IMG/VR virus record: IMGVR_UViG_3300037246_000486
Coordinates: 1 to 61,995 of that record
Reading direction: 5' to 3' (one strand)
Source of the DNA: a virus
Taxonomy: Duplodnaviria; Caudoviricetes
Length of the DNA: 61,995 nucleotides
Shown here: piece after piece, positions 1 through 9,335 of the stretch
How positions within the stretch are numbered: position 1 is the stretch's first letter
Layout of the letters: every line of letters starts with the position of its first letter
Program-made: the position numbers and the translations under genes
The notes under the pieces: generated by a model
What the model saw: the letters and a program-made list of their open reading frames with translations, nothing else
Told to the model about the DNA's origin: nothing
Database searches by the model: none

Positions 1-154
1 CGAGGGTGTGAGCGTCTACGACACCGACGAGATCCTCGCCCGGAAGGCAGCGGCACGGGAACTGATCGTCGCAGAGGACGCCGCAGAGGACTGATGGCGC
101 TGTCACCGGAACGTCTCGCCTACCGTGCGGCGCTGTCCTCGCGCGACTGGGCCG
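1..154. repeat. Terminal direct repeat / circular overlap, left copy
   Basis: Identical to 61842-61995 except C28 vs T61869 (synonymous GAC/GAT). Confidence 0.97.
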
Positions 155-525
155 AGGCGCGCCGGCGCCGCGATCTACACCCGGCCGAACTGGGAGCAGC
201 GCCCGACGTCGAGGACGACGCGCTCGCCTGTCTTGCCTCCGACCCCAACGACGTCGGCTGGATGATCGTCCAGTGGTCGGTGCAGGCGGTTGACTGCGAT
301 GGGCAACCGGGCTGCCGACCGTGGTTGTTACGCGCACGCCAGTTCGATCATCTCGGCCTGGCCGCGACGCAAGATGAGGCGCTGATCCGGTTCCGTCAAT
401 ACGTGCAGGACCGACGAGACTACAGCGCCGGGGCACAGGTTGGCACGACGCTCTTTCTGTGCAAGGTGGTGCGCACCGTTCCGATCGTTGACCTTGACGG
501 CGCAAAGATCATGGAGGTGCAGTAG
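94..525 (+). CDS. Hypothetical protein in the head-accessory gene block
   Basis: 143-aa ORF whose start overlaps the stop of the upstream ORF (TGATG) across the contig junction. Confidence 0.6.
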   Translation: MALSPERLAYRAALSSRDWAEARRRRDLHPAELGAAPDVEDDALACLASDPNDVGWMIVQWSVQAVDCDGQPGCRPWLLRARQFDHLGLAATQDEALIRFRQYVQDRRDYSAGAQVGTTLFLCKVVRTVPIVDLDGAKIMEVQ

Positions 526-1328
526 TGGCTGACTTCATTAGTAACGGTGGCTGCTTCAACGGTGCGAGGTACGCGCGAGACGGCGCTGGGCAGGGTGCAC
601 GTGACTGGATAGCCGCCACCGATGCCGACGTAACCGGCTGGGTACAGAGCAGACCAATTATCGTCTCGGCGTCCTTTGACTGCAACGATATGGGCGCCAT
701 CGACGGCGACTTCGAGCTGCAATGGCGCAACGTCACCGACGCTGGCACGTTCGCCAATCTCACTGCGACCGGCGAGGTGAAGTGGACGACAGGTACCGAC
801 CTGATCAACGACAATGCGGTTGTCGACAGCGAGCGTGGCGGGTCCCAGAACTGTAGCGGGATGGGTGTGGACGGCAGCGATGAAGGCGTGGAGCGTTCAG
901 GCGCCAACGCCATCGACCTGGTGGACATCCCTGTCGGGATCGTTCTTGACCACCAGTGGGCGGTCAGTTTCGTGGACGGCGACCCGGGCGACGAGTACGA
1001 GTTCCGTATTGTCGAGACCGGCACGTCGAATAGCTACGGCACTTTCGCCGGCACGGTAACCATTGTGGCGGCGGTCGACATCATCGGCGTGACCAAGGAC
1101 AAGGACGGCGTCACGTTGGGCTCGGTCTTCGTCGCGGTGTTCGAGAAGGTCGAGGGTGGTGGTCCACCGCATGACTACATCTTCAGAGGCAAGACAACGA
1201 GCGACCCGAGCACCGGCGCTTATACAATCGCCGACCTCGCGGGTGGGGCCGAGCACTTCATCTATATGATCAAAGAGGACACGCCGCACGTCATGGACGC
1301 CACCGACGATGTACTGACGGGGGTTTAA
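525..1328 (+). CDS. Putative virion structural protein with a C-terminal Ig/transthyretin-like beta domain
   Basis: GGAGG SD; beta-rich, acidic; C-terminal 'IIGVTKDKDG...TTSDPSTGAYTI' pattern resembles a carboxypeptidase-regulatory-like fold. Confidence 0.55.
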   Translation: MADFISNGGCFNGARYARDGAGQGARDWIAATDADVTGWVQSRPIIVSASFDCNDMGAIDGDFELQWRNVTDAGTFANLTATGEVKWTTGTDLINDNAVVDSERGGSQNCSGMGVDGSDEGVERSGANAIDLVDIPVGIVLDHQWAVSFVDGDPGDEYEFRIVETGTSNSYGTFAGTVTIVAAVDIIGVTKDKDGVTLGSVFVAVFEKVEGGGPPHDYIFRGKTTSDPSTGAYTIADLAGGAEHFIYMIKEDTPHVMDATDDVLTGV

Positions 1329-1343
1329 CGAAGGAGGTCGGGC

Positions 1344-2294
1344 ATGGCATCGAACGATGGCTTCCTCAGGTCCGACCAGGACAAGGGCGAAACCTCACCG
1401 GACAACGACGGGCGCCTCAGGTCTGACGCCGACAAAGAGGCGAGTACTACTGACGGGGTCGCCGCAGCGGCGGGCGCCGCGACTGTCCTCGGGGTCGGCA
1501 CAGGCATCATCACCGGGGTTGCCAGCGCAGCGGGTGCAGCGGCATCCGCCGGAGTTGGTCGTTCCGTCGCCGCTGCCGTAGCGTCCTCGGTCGGGCTGGG
1601 TATTACGACAGGCGTCGGGGCGTCCGAGGCATCCGCGGTGGCGTCAGCGGTTGGGTTCGGGGTCACGACAGGGGTGGGAGCTTCCACTGCCGAGGCTGTG
1701 GCGTCCGCAGCGGGCACATCCAGCACGGGCGGACAGATGGGTGCCCAGGCACAAGCGGCGGGCGCATCGACGGCTTCGGCGGTTGGGGCGTCCATCTTCG
1801 CGGCAGTCGCTTCGGCGTCAGGGGCTGCTACCTCGAGCAGCGTTGGAGAGTCTACGGCGGCAGCCGTCGCGAACGCCGCAGGGACAGCGACTACCACCGC
1901 CACCGGTAACGTCATCGTCCCCGCCGTCGCCGGTGCCGCAGGGGCCGCCGTGTGCGGTGCAGACGGTGGTTCGACAAGCGTAGCGGTCGCCGCAGCGGTC
2001 GGGTCAGCCGTTGCCTCGGGTCTGGGTGCAGCGTTCTTCGCCGGGGTTGCGAGCTCGAGTGGGGCAGGTGTCGCAACGGGCGCCGGCGAAGTTACCGTTC
2101 CGGGTGTAGCCATCGCCGCGGGTGCAGCTGTCGCCCTGGCGGTCGGTGAATCGCCTGGTATATTTGCCGGCATTGCTTCGGCGGCCGGTACCTCCTCGGC
2201 CCTGGCGCAGGCGGTTTTGGAGATCGTCATGGAGAACATCAAGGACACCGGCATGACCGAGGAAGAAACACTCAAGAACTCGGAAGGGATCTAG
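1344..2294 (+). CDS. Ala/Gly/Ser/Thr-rich repetitive virion protein (putative fibre/decoration)
   Basis: AAGGAGG SD; imperfect repeats such as 'VASAAGAAASAGVG'; located in the structural module. Confidence 0.6.
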   Translation: MASNDGFLRSDQDKGETSPDNDGRLRSDADKEASTTDGVAAAAGAATVLGVGTGIITGVASAAGAAASAGVGRSVAAAVASSVGLGITTGVGASEASAVASAVGFGVTTGVGASTAEAVASAAGTSSTGGQMGAQAQAAGASTASAVGASIFAAVASASGAATSSSVGESTAAAVANAAGTATTTATGNVIVPAVAGAAGAAVCGADGGSTSVAVAAAVGSAVASGLGAAFFAGVASSSGAGVATGAGEVTVPGVAIAAGAAVALAVGESPGIFAGIASAAGTSSALAQAVLEIVMENIKDTGMTEEETLKNSEGI

Positions 2295-2295
2295 G

Positions 2296-2670
2296 ATGCC
2301 AGCGTTCGAGATTTTCAACATGAAGGAAGCGACCACGCCCACCTACCAGGTCACGCTACTGGACGAGGCAGGTGTTCCGATTCTTGATGCCGACCTGGAC
2401 ACGTTGGTCCTCACCCTGTACGACCGGGAGACCGGGGCCATCATCAACAGCCGGGACGGGCAGAACGCCAAGGACGCCAACCAGGTGGCCGTAGTGAACG
2501 GGGTCGTCACCTGGTCCATGCTGGTTCTCGACACACCCATCCTGAACGACGCCCTCGGTCACGAGATCCATATGGCCCTCTGGGAGTGGACCTATTCCCC
2601 CGCGTCAGATACGCTGGCAGGGAAACACGAAGCACGCCTACGAGTCGAGAACCTGGAAAAAGTCCCATGA
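2296..2670 (+). CDS. Hypothetical virion protein (Ig-like beta domain)
   Basis: 124-aa beta-rich ORF tightly packed in the structural block. Confidence 0.5.
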   Translation: MPAFEIFNMKEATTPTYQVTLLDEAGVPILDADLDTLVLTLYDRETGAIINSRDGQNAKDANQVAVVNGVVTWSMLVLDTPILNDALGHEIHMALWEWTYSPASDTLAGKHEARLRVENLEKVP

Positions 2671-2993
2671 CCGTTTCATTCGATCCGACCCTCGCCACTG
2701 ACCGTGACTGGGTCCGGTTCAAGATCGGTGACGCCACCGTGGCGACCGCCACCTTGCAGGACGAAACCATCGACGCCATCCTGGCGCAGGAGGCTAACAA
2801 GTGGTTCGCCGCTGCCTGCTGCGCGCAGGCCATCGTGGGACGTGCGCGGGGGTTGGCCTCCAAGAAGGTCGATGACCTGCACCTCACCTACGAGGACAAC
2901 GCGGACTCGGCATACGCCCGACTGATCCAGGAACTCCGCGAAGAAGGAGCCCTTCAACTTATGGAACGTCCACGTCACATGTTCGTACTCTGA
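2667..2993 (+). CDS. Head-tail adaptor (connector) protein
   Basis: 'DRDWVRFKIGD...LQDETIDAILA' pattern typical of head-tail connectors; ATGA overlap with the upstream gene. Confidence 0.7.
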   Translation: MTVSFDPTLATDRDWVRFKIGDATVATATLQDETIDAILAQEANKWFAAACCAQAIVGRARGLASKKVDDLHLTYEDNADSAYARLIQELREEGALQLMERPRHMFVL

Positions 2994-3334
2994 TGCCCGC
3001 CCCGATCGTTGGAGACCTCGCTGACCTGATGGTCGATGTCCTCCGGGTCGAACGAAATACCGGGTCCGATGGGATGGGTGCCCGCACATACGACCCGCCC
3101 GCAAACTTTCAATGCCGCCTGGTGGGTGGACACGTTCAGGTACGAGGCACGGACGGCAAGGAGAAGGTGTCGACCGTCCAGTGCACCACGGCCGGTGCCT
3201 TCGGGTTCACCACGCAGGACCGCTTCACGTTGGTCCCCAGCGCGGGGACCTTTACTCCGTCCTCCCCGGAGTGTATCAACGTGAGGACGGTGCCGGACGA
3301 GAACGGCCCCCATCATCAAAAGCTGTTCTTCTAA
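2993..3334 (+). CDS. Head closure / head-tail joining protein
   Basis: 113-aa beta-rich ORF after the adaptor, ending 'VPDENGPHHQKLFF'. Confidence 0.65.
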   Translation: MPAPIVGDLADLMVDVLRVERNTGSDGMGARTYDPPANFQCRLVGGHVQVRGTDGKEKVSTVQCTTAGAFGFTTQDRFTLVPSAGTFTPSSPECINVRTVPDENGPHHQKLFF

Positions 3335-4473
3335 TGCGGGCTCACGCAGCTGTACCTGACACAGCCCGGCGTCTGTCCGTGTCCGAACCTGTCTTCCTGG
3401 GTCGGGAGACCGAGTACGTCCTGGACTGCATGACCCGACGACGCCTGTCCATGGGGGAGTACACCCGACGGTTCGAGGAGGACTTCGCGGAGTGGGTCGG
3501 GGTGTCCCACGCCATCACCTGTGCGAGTGGATCGGCAGCGCTACACCTGGCACTACTAGGGCTGGGCGTGGGGCCGGGCGACGCGGTTTTGGTTCCCGCC
3601 CTGACCTACGTGGCGACAGCCAATGCCGTCGTCCACTGCGGCGCGACGCCGGTGTTCGTGGACGTTGACCCGGAGACCTGGTGCATGGACCCCGGGCAGA
3701 TTCCCAGGGCGATGGACCAGGGGGCCACAGCAGGCGCACCAGCGCGTTATCTCGTTGCCGTTCACCTGTATGGACAGCTGGCAGACGTTCGGGCGTTACA
3801 AGCCGCTACAGGGCCTCGGTGTGTGGTGGTAGAGGACGCGGCCCAGGCACACGGGGGTGTGGACGTGTACGGCCATCGGGCCGGCGCCCTGGGTGAGGTG
3901 GGGACGTTCTCGTTCTACGCCTCCAAGCTCCTGGCCGGGGGCGAAGGTGGGATGGTCACCACCGACCGCCTGGACGTCGCCGACCTGGCTCGTAGGTACC
4001 GGGGACAAGGGCAGTCCCGACCCGGGGCCTACGAGCACGACCTGGTCGGGTTCAACTACCGCATGACGGAGCTCGCCTCGGCGGTGGCGCTGGCACAGCT
4101 GGAGTCCTACCGGGAACATCGGGCCCGCCGCGCGCTGGTCATGGCGTGGTACGGGGAGCGACTGGCGGACCTCCAGGTCACGGTCCAAAGCAGGGACCGA
4201 GGGGCAGCGGATTGGATGCTGGCATTACTGGTCCCTGACAGGGCTGAGGTTGCCCGGCACCTGGCCGCAGCGGGCATCGAGTCCCGTCCCTTCTTTGTCC
4301 CTCTGAACACCCTCCCGATGTACCGGGAGCTCGGGTACAGTTGCCCGGTCGCAGAACGGATGTACCAGGCCGGGATTAACCTACCCACGCACAGCGGCAT
4401 GACCGAAGCGGATGTCGACTACGTGGTCACGCAACTTGAGGAGGCGCTACATGGAGGACGAGGACACGAATAG
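3334..4473 (+). CDS. DegT/DnrJ/EryC1/StrS PLP-dependent sugar aminotransferase (perosamine-synthase-like)
   Basis: Motifs 'SGSAALHLAL', 'VPALTYVATANAV', 'VHLYGQ', 'EDAAQAHG', 'FSFYASK' (PLP Lys), 'GEGG', 'GFNYRM'; start taken at ATG 3334 overlapping the upstream stop. Confidence 0.93.
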   Translation: MRAHAAVPDTARRLSVSEPVFLGRETEYVLDCMTRRRLSMGEYTRRFEEDFAEWVGVSHAITCASGSAALHLALLGLGVGPGDAVLVPALTYVATANAVVHCGATPVFVDVDPETWCMDPGQIPRAMDQGATAGAPARYLVAVHLYGQLADVRALQAATGPRCVVVEDAAQAHGGVDVYGHRAGALGEVGTFSFYASKLLAGGEGGMVTTDRLDVADLARRYRGQGQSRPGAYEHDLVGFNYRMTELASAVALAQLESYREHRARRALVMAWYGERLADLQVTVQSRDRGAADWMLALLVPDRAEVARHLAAAGIESRPFFVPLNTLPMYRELGYSCPVAERMYQAGINLPTHSGMTEADVDYVVTQLEEALHGGRGHE

Positions 4474-5101
4474 GATCCAGGCACCCTACGGCACCGCCGA
4501 CCTGGACCAGCAACTGATCGACGAACACGTCACCGAGCTCCTGGCGGACTACGACTACCCCGGCCTGCCCGAGGACTTCTCCAACGGTCCCACCCTCTAC
4601 GACCCGGTGATCATATTGCGCCCGGAGAACCTGCGCATCAGTCTCACCGCCAGGCTTGACTCCTACTGCAAACTGGAGGTCGGGGACGGGATGGTGGTCG
4701 GGCACCATGTCCACGTCGCCTCCTTCGCCCACCTGGGCATCGGCGGTGGCGTCACCATCCTCGAGGACGGCACCAGCTTTGCCTCGGGGTCCAAGGTCAT
4801 GTCCGGCAGCAACGTCCCTGCCCGTGGCCGGAGCTGTTCCGCGGTGGCCCCCGGCAACCGGGTCGCGAGGTACATCACCCGGATCAAACGGAACGCCGTC
4901 CTGTTCGCCGGCGCCCAGGTCCTCCCCGGTGTGACCGTAGGCGAGAACGCTGTCATTGCTGCCGGCGCGATCGTTGTGTGCGACGTCCCATCCTTCGAGG
5001 TGTGGGGTGGCATCCCCGCCAGGAAGATCGGTGTGGACCTGGTCACCTCCGAACTGATCGACAAGGTTATTGAAGAAGATGAGCGAACCAGACTGGGTTG
5101 A
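4451..5101 (+). CDS. Left-handed beta-helix (hexapeptide-repeat) acyltransferase
   Basis: 'VLPGVTVGENAVIAAGAIVVCDVP...WGGIPARKI' signature. Confidence 0.88.
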   Translation: MEDEDTNRIQAPYGTADLDQQLIDEHVTELLADYDYPGLPEDFSNGPTLYDPVIILRPENLRISLTARLDSYCKLEVGDGMVVGHHVHVASFAHLGIGGGVTILEDGTSFASGSKVMSGSNVPARGRSCSAVAPGNRVARYITRIKRNAVLFAGAQVLPGVTVGENAVIAAGAIVVCDVPSFEVWGGIPARKIGVDLVTSELIDKVIEEDERTRLG

Positions 5102-5873
5102 GGAGATGCTGGACTGGCATGGGATAGGCGACCCGCTGGCCCACGCGGTACCACCCGAGGAACGCCCGGGATACTACGGGCAACACAGTCACCCAATGAG
5201 GAGCGCACAAGACATGGCTAAGCAGCTACGTGATAAGGCAACCATCGAGGAACACTGGACCGCCATCCTAAAGGCGATCCCGTCCAGGGCGTTCCGCAAC
5301 CCGGCGTACCACCAGCCCTTCGGGTTCCGCCTGGGCCTGGCGGGCATGGCCCACCACATGAAGAACGAGGTCAGGTACCTCGAGGTCGGGTGCCGCCTGG
5401 GTCACAGCCTGGCAGTGGTATGCCTGGCGGCTGGCGACAACCTCAAGTCCGCCCATGCGGTGGACGTCTTCATCCAGGATTACGACAACGAGGACAACGC
5501 CAACCCCGAGCAGGTCCTGTCCTCCCTGGCGGACTGCAACATCAAGGACCTGACCCGGGTGACGATTCACGAGCAGGACAGCCACAAGTACTTGCGGACG
5601 CTGGCACGGGGGAAGGGCAAGCTCCGGTTCAACCTCATCTGCGTGGACGGGGATCACACCCTGACCGGCGCGCGCCAAGACCTCGAGGACTGTTTCGATC
5701 TCCTGGACGTCGGGGGCATCCTGGTGTTCGACGACGTGGTGGTCAAGGGCGACCGATCCCTACTGCGGGTGTGGCACGAGTTCCTGGGCGCCAAGCGGGA
5801 CTTCGTGGAGACCACCGAGGCGCTGGGCGATCACCCTGGGTGGGTGTCGTTGACGCGGGGTCGCCAGCAGTGA
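5079..5873 (+). CDS. Class I SAM-dependent methyltransferase (Methyltransf_24-like, probable sugar O-methyltransferase)
   Basis: 'YLEVGCRLGHS', 'LICVDGDH', 'GGILVFDD' motifs. Confidence 0.85.
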   Translation: MSEPDWVEEMLDWHGIGDPLAHAVPPEERPGYYGQHSHPMRSAQDMAKQLRDKATIEEHWTAILKAIPSRAFRNPAYHQPFGFRLGLAGMAHHMKNEVRYLEVGCRLGHSLAVVCLAAGDNLKSAHAVDVFIQDYDNEDNANPEQVLSSLADCNIKDLTRVTIHEQDSHKYLRTLARGKGKLRFNLICVDGDHTLTGARQDLEDCFDLLDVGGILVFDDVVVKGDRSLLRVWHEFLGAKRDFVETTEALGDHPGWVSLTRGRQQ

Positions 5874-6559
5874 TCCAGATCCTGTCCCTCTGGCGCAACG
5901 ATGCCACCTCGCATCTGATCAAGCGGGCGAATCACCTTCTCCACAAGACGTCGGAGCAGGGGGTGTCCTGGCTGTGGGGTGTGGGGGACTGCACCGACCA
6001 GACGGCAGCGCTCCTGGAAGCCCACGCGGCGCGCATGGTGGGCGATGTCCTGGTCCGGGTGGTCAACGTGGACACCGGCATCGTGGGGGAGGACGCGGCA
6101 ACCAGGCGGGCGCGTGGGTCTGCCTCGGCCTCCCAGCTGTTCCACCAACTGGATCCGCTGGCGGACTACGCCATGCTCCACGAGTCGGACCTGGTGTCGC
6201 CGGACAACGTGGCGGACGAACTACTGGCAGCAGGGGACGGTGTCCCGATGGCAGGGTGGCCTGTCATCCAGTTGAACGGGCGGTTCCAGTTCTATGACAT
6301 CTGGGCTTATCGGGACATGACCGGCAACCCGTTCCTCCCCGAGAAGCCGTACTCGCCCCAGTACACCCGGGTCGGACCGTTCCGTCTGCGGTCCTTCGGG
6401 TCGGTGTGGGTGATCCCTGCTGCTATACTGCGGGACCGAACCATCACCACCGAGGCGGTGGTGGAGCTATGCGGACAATGGGCCGCCGAGGGGATCGAAC
6501 TATGGTGCGACCCCCGGGTGTCCGTGGTGCAACCGGTGGAGTTATGGGAGGCGCAATGA
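5870..6559 (+). CDS. Putative GT-A fold glycosyltransferase
   Basis: 'LHESDL', 'FYDIWAYR', 'SFGSVW' motifs; paralogous to the next ORF; GTG start overlapping the upstream stop. Confidence 0.65.
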   Translation: MIQILSLWRNDATSHLIKRANHLLHKTSEQGVSWLWGVGDCTDQTAALLEAHAARMVGDVLVRVVNVDTGIVGEDAATRRARGSASASQLFHQLDPLADYAMLHESDLVSPDNVADELLAAGDGVPMAGWPVIQLNGRFQFYDIWAYRDMTGNPFLPEKPYSPQYTRVGPFRLRSFGSVWVIPAAILRDRTITTEAVVELCGQWAAEGIELWCDPRVSVVQPVELWEAQ

Positions 6560-7260
6560 AGATCCAGGTGGTGTCGGCGTTCCGCAACATGTCGGGACGG
6601 GTTCCCAAGTACTACCAGCAGGTCCACGCCCTGCGCGTGGCGTTCAACAGTCAGGTCGAGCTGGGGGTGGTCGCTTGCACCGGGGACAACGAGGACCGAA
6701 CCCGGGAGGAACTGCTGGTCCTGCAGAAGCACTTTGGGGTACCCACGACGATCGTGGACTACAGCCACGGGTGCCGGGACTGGGGGTCCACCGAGGAGGG
6801 GGAACGACTAGAGAAGCTGTCCGGTGTCCTGAACGCGGCGCTGGATGGCGTGGCACCGGATACCGACTACGTCCTCTATGTCGAGTCCGACCTGCTATGG
6901 GATCCGTATCAGGTCCACGACCTGGTGGCCGAGGTGGTTCGGGATCCTGTCACGTTCCCGGTGGTGGCCCCGCTGGTATATGCGGGTGAAGCCTTCTATG
7001 ACGTCTGGGGATTCCGGGGGACGGACGGCGAACGGTTCGCCCCGTTCCCGCCCTACCACTCGAGCCTCAAGGGCCTGGTGGACGAGGAGTGCGTCGTGGA
7101 GGTGTCCTCGGTGGGCAGCTGCATGGTGATGGCGGGCGTGGTCGCCCGGACTGTACGGTGCGAGAACGGCAACGCCCTGGTGGGCTGGTGCGAAGCCGCC
7201 CGGGCCGGTGGGTATCGAATCGGAGTGGCCCCGCACCTGCGGGTGGATCACCCAGCGTAG
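6556..7260 (+). CDS. Putative GT-A fold glycosyltransferase
   Basis: 'DYVLYVESDLLW', 'VVAPLV', 'FYDVWGFR', 'SSVGSCMVM', terminal 'VDHP'. Confidence 0.72.
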   Translation: MKIQVVSAFRNMSGRVPKYYQQVHALRVAFNSQVELGVVACTGDNEDRTREELLVLQKHFGVPTTIVDYSHGCRDWGSTEEGERLEKLSGVLNAALDGVAPDTDYVLYVESDLLWDPYQVHDLVAEVVRDPVTFPVVAPLVYAGEAFYDVWGFRGTDGERFAPFPPYHSSLKGLVDEECVVEVSSVGSCMVMAGVVARTVRCENGNALVGWCEAARAGGYRIGVAPHLRVDHPA

Positions 7261-7269
7261 GAGCGGACC

Positions 7270-8163
7270 ATGTTGAGAGCATACGTGAAGGCCCCGGGTG
7301 TCCTGTCGCGTGCAATGCACCGGACGGCTGCGGCCCTTGAGCGGTACGCCCCTCCGGAAGTGGACATTGTGTACACGCCCCTGGCGGCGGACATGGAGGT
7401 ACTCCATACCATCGGGTACGCCGACCTGGTCCAGGAGGTGGAGCGGGTCAGGGCGGACGGCCACCGGTATGCCGTCATGCAGTACTGCCTTGCCAGTGCC
7501 GGGGCACCGGACATGCTGTCCTGGTTGCCACTATGGGAGAACAGCGTGGGGGTGTGGTCGTACTACGACCTGGTCGCCCACCTGATCGACGCCGGGGTCA
7601 ACGCGCCCACCGGGGGCTGGATGTACCACGCGCCTCTCGGGGTAGACAGCGACGTCTTCCACCGGGTGCCGTCCATGGCCCAGTACACCATCCTGACCAG
7701 TGGGTACGTCCCGGAGGCCGAGGGTGTCCTCGAGTGCCTGGACGCCGTCACCCAGACGGGTGGTCGGATGTTCCACCTCGGTCCCGAGGACAGTCGGTAC
7801 CCGGACAACGTGGACCAGCTACTGGGCATCGGGGACGAGGAACTGGCCAGGCGGTACAGCGCCTCCCGGTTCGTGTCGGGGCTGCGCCGGATCGAGGGGT
7901 TCGAGTTGCCGGCAGCGGAGGGTGTGGTGTGCGGTGCCCGCCCGGTCATGTTCGACCTCCCCTGCTATCGGGCCTGGTACCAGGACTTGGCCGAGTACGT
8001 TCCCGAGGGCACCCATGACGAGGTCACTGCGGCACTGGTCGATCTGTTTCAACAACCACCGAACCCGGTCACTGCGGACGAGATGGAGCAAGCACGGGAA
8101 CGGTTCAACTGGGAGACGCTGGCGGCCGGATTCTGGGCCCAGGTGTTGGAGGCAACAGCATGA
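7270..8163 (+). CDS. GT-B fold glycosyltransferase
   Basis: 'PLGVDSDVF' and 'IEGFELPAAEGVVCGA...FNWE' GT4-like motifs. Confidence 0.8.
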   Translation: MLRAYVKAPGVLSRAMHRTAAALERYAPPEVDIVYTPLAADMEVLHTIGYADLVQEVERVRADGHRYAVMQYCLASAGAPDMLSWLPLWENSVGVWSYYDLVAHLIDAGVNAPTGGWMYHAPLGVDSDVFHRVPSMAQYTILTSGYVPEAEGVLECLDAVTQTGGRMFHLGPEDSRYPDNVDQLLGIGDEELARRYSASRFVSGLRRIEGFELPAAEGVVCGARPVMFDLPCYRAWYQDLAEYVPEGTHDEVTAALVDLFQQPPNPVTADEMEQARERFNWETLAAGFWAQVLEATA

Positions 8164-9335
8164 AGAAGCTGCTATGGATCGGGGACGCCGTCGTGGAGAC
8201 GGGGTTCAGTCGGGCAACCCACGAGATCCTGAATGTGCTGCGGCACACCTGGGACGTCAACGTACTCGGGCTCAACTACTGGGGTGACCCCCATGAGCTG
8301 CCGTACAAAGTCTGGCCGGCAGCCGAGGGGTTCAAGCGGGACGACCCCCACGGCAAGCGCAGGTGCGCCAGGTTGATCACCGAGTTGAAGCCGGACGTGG
8401 TGGTCCTACTCAACGACCCCTGGAACATCCCGGGGTACCTCGAGCGGGTGGGCAACATCCCGGCCGTGGGGTACATCGCGGTGGACGGGAAGAACTGCCG
8501 GGGCAACGAGCTCAACGGGTTGGCGTGCGCGGTCTTCTGGACGGAGTTCGCCCTGACCGAGGCGGCGAACGGTGGGTACCGTGGCAAGGGCACCGTCGTC
8601 CCCCTGGGTGTGGACCGCGAGGTGTACAGGCCCCGACCCCAGCTGGAGGCCCGGACACGCATCGGGTTGCCCACGGATCTGAACCAGGCGTTCATCGTGG
8701 GCAACGTCAACCGCAACCAGCCACGCAAGCGGTTCGACCTGACCATGAAGTACTTCGCCGCCTGGGTCCACGAGAACGACATCACGGACGCCTACCTGTT
8801 CCTCCATGTTGCCCCCACCGGGGACGACGCCTTGGACGTATCCCAGATGGCTCACTACCTGGGCATTGCCCGGTACGTCATTGCGGCCGCACCGGCTATC
8901 GGTTCGGGTATCTCGCAGGAGGCATTGTCTTGGACTTACAACGCCTTCAACGTCCAGGTCACCACGACCCAGGGCGAAGGCTTCGGGTTGACCACCCTCG
9001 AGGGCATGGCCTCGGGCATCCCGCAGATCGTTCCCGACTGGTCGGCGCTGGGTGAGATATGCGGGGACGCTGCCATCAAGGTGGCGTGCCCGACCACGGC
9101 AGCAACCCCGAACCGGATCAACGTCATCGGTGGCATCGCAGACGAGAGGAAATTCATCAAGGCTCTGGACCTGGTGTACCGGGACCACGACCTCTGCAAG
9201 GACATGGGTGCCAAGGGTATCGAGCTCGCTAGCCAGGACCGGTATGACTGGGAGAACATCGGGACGCTGTTCGGTAGCGTGCTAGACCAAACAACCACTG
9301 CGCGGGTCATGCAGGTGGGGGATGGCAAAAGCTAA
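8160..9335 (+). CDS. GT4-family glycosyltransferase
   Basis: 'TGFSRA', 'NRNQPRK', 'GEGFGLTTLEGMASGIPQI', 'YDWE' motifs. Confidence 0.9.
   Translation: MKKLLWIGDAVVETGFSRATHEILNVLRHTWDVNVLGLNYWGDPHELPYKVWPAAEGFKRDDPHGKRRCARLITELKPDVVVLLNDPWNIPGYLERVGNIPAVGYIAVDGKNCRGNELNGLACAVFWTEFALTEAANGGYRGKGTVVPLGVDREVYRPRPQLEARTRIGLPTDLNQAFIVGNVNRNQPRKRFDLTMKYFAAWVHENDITDAYLFLHVAPTGDDALDVSQMAHYLGIARYVIAAAPAIGSGISQEALSWTYNAFNVQVTTTQGEGFGLTTLEGMASGIPQIVPDWSALGEICGDAAIKVACPTTAATPNRINVIGGIADERKFIKALDLVYRDHDLCKDMGAKGIELASQDRYDWENIGTLFGSVLDQTTTARVMQVGDGKS

Noticed and set aside
3112-3333. N-terminal extensions given by the ORF track for several genes (e.g. 3112, 5390, 35316, 36832, 51932)
   Set aside because: They overlap upstream genes or non-coding repeats. 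Downstream starts, mostly coupled to the preceding stop codon, match the expected domain boundaries better.
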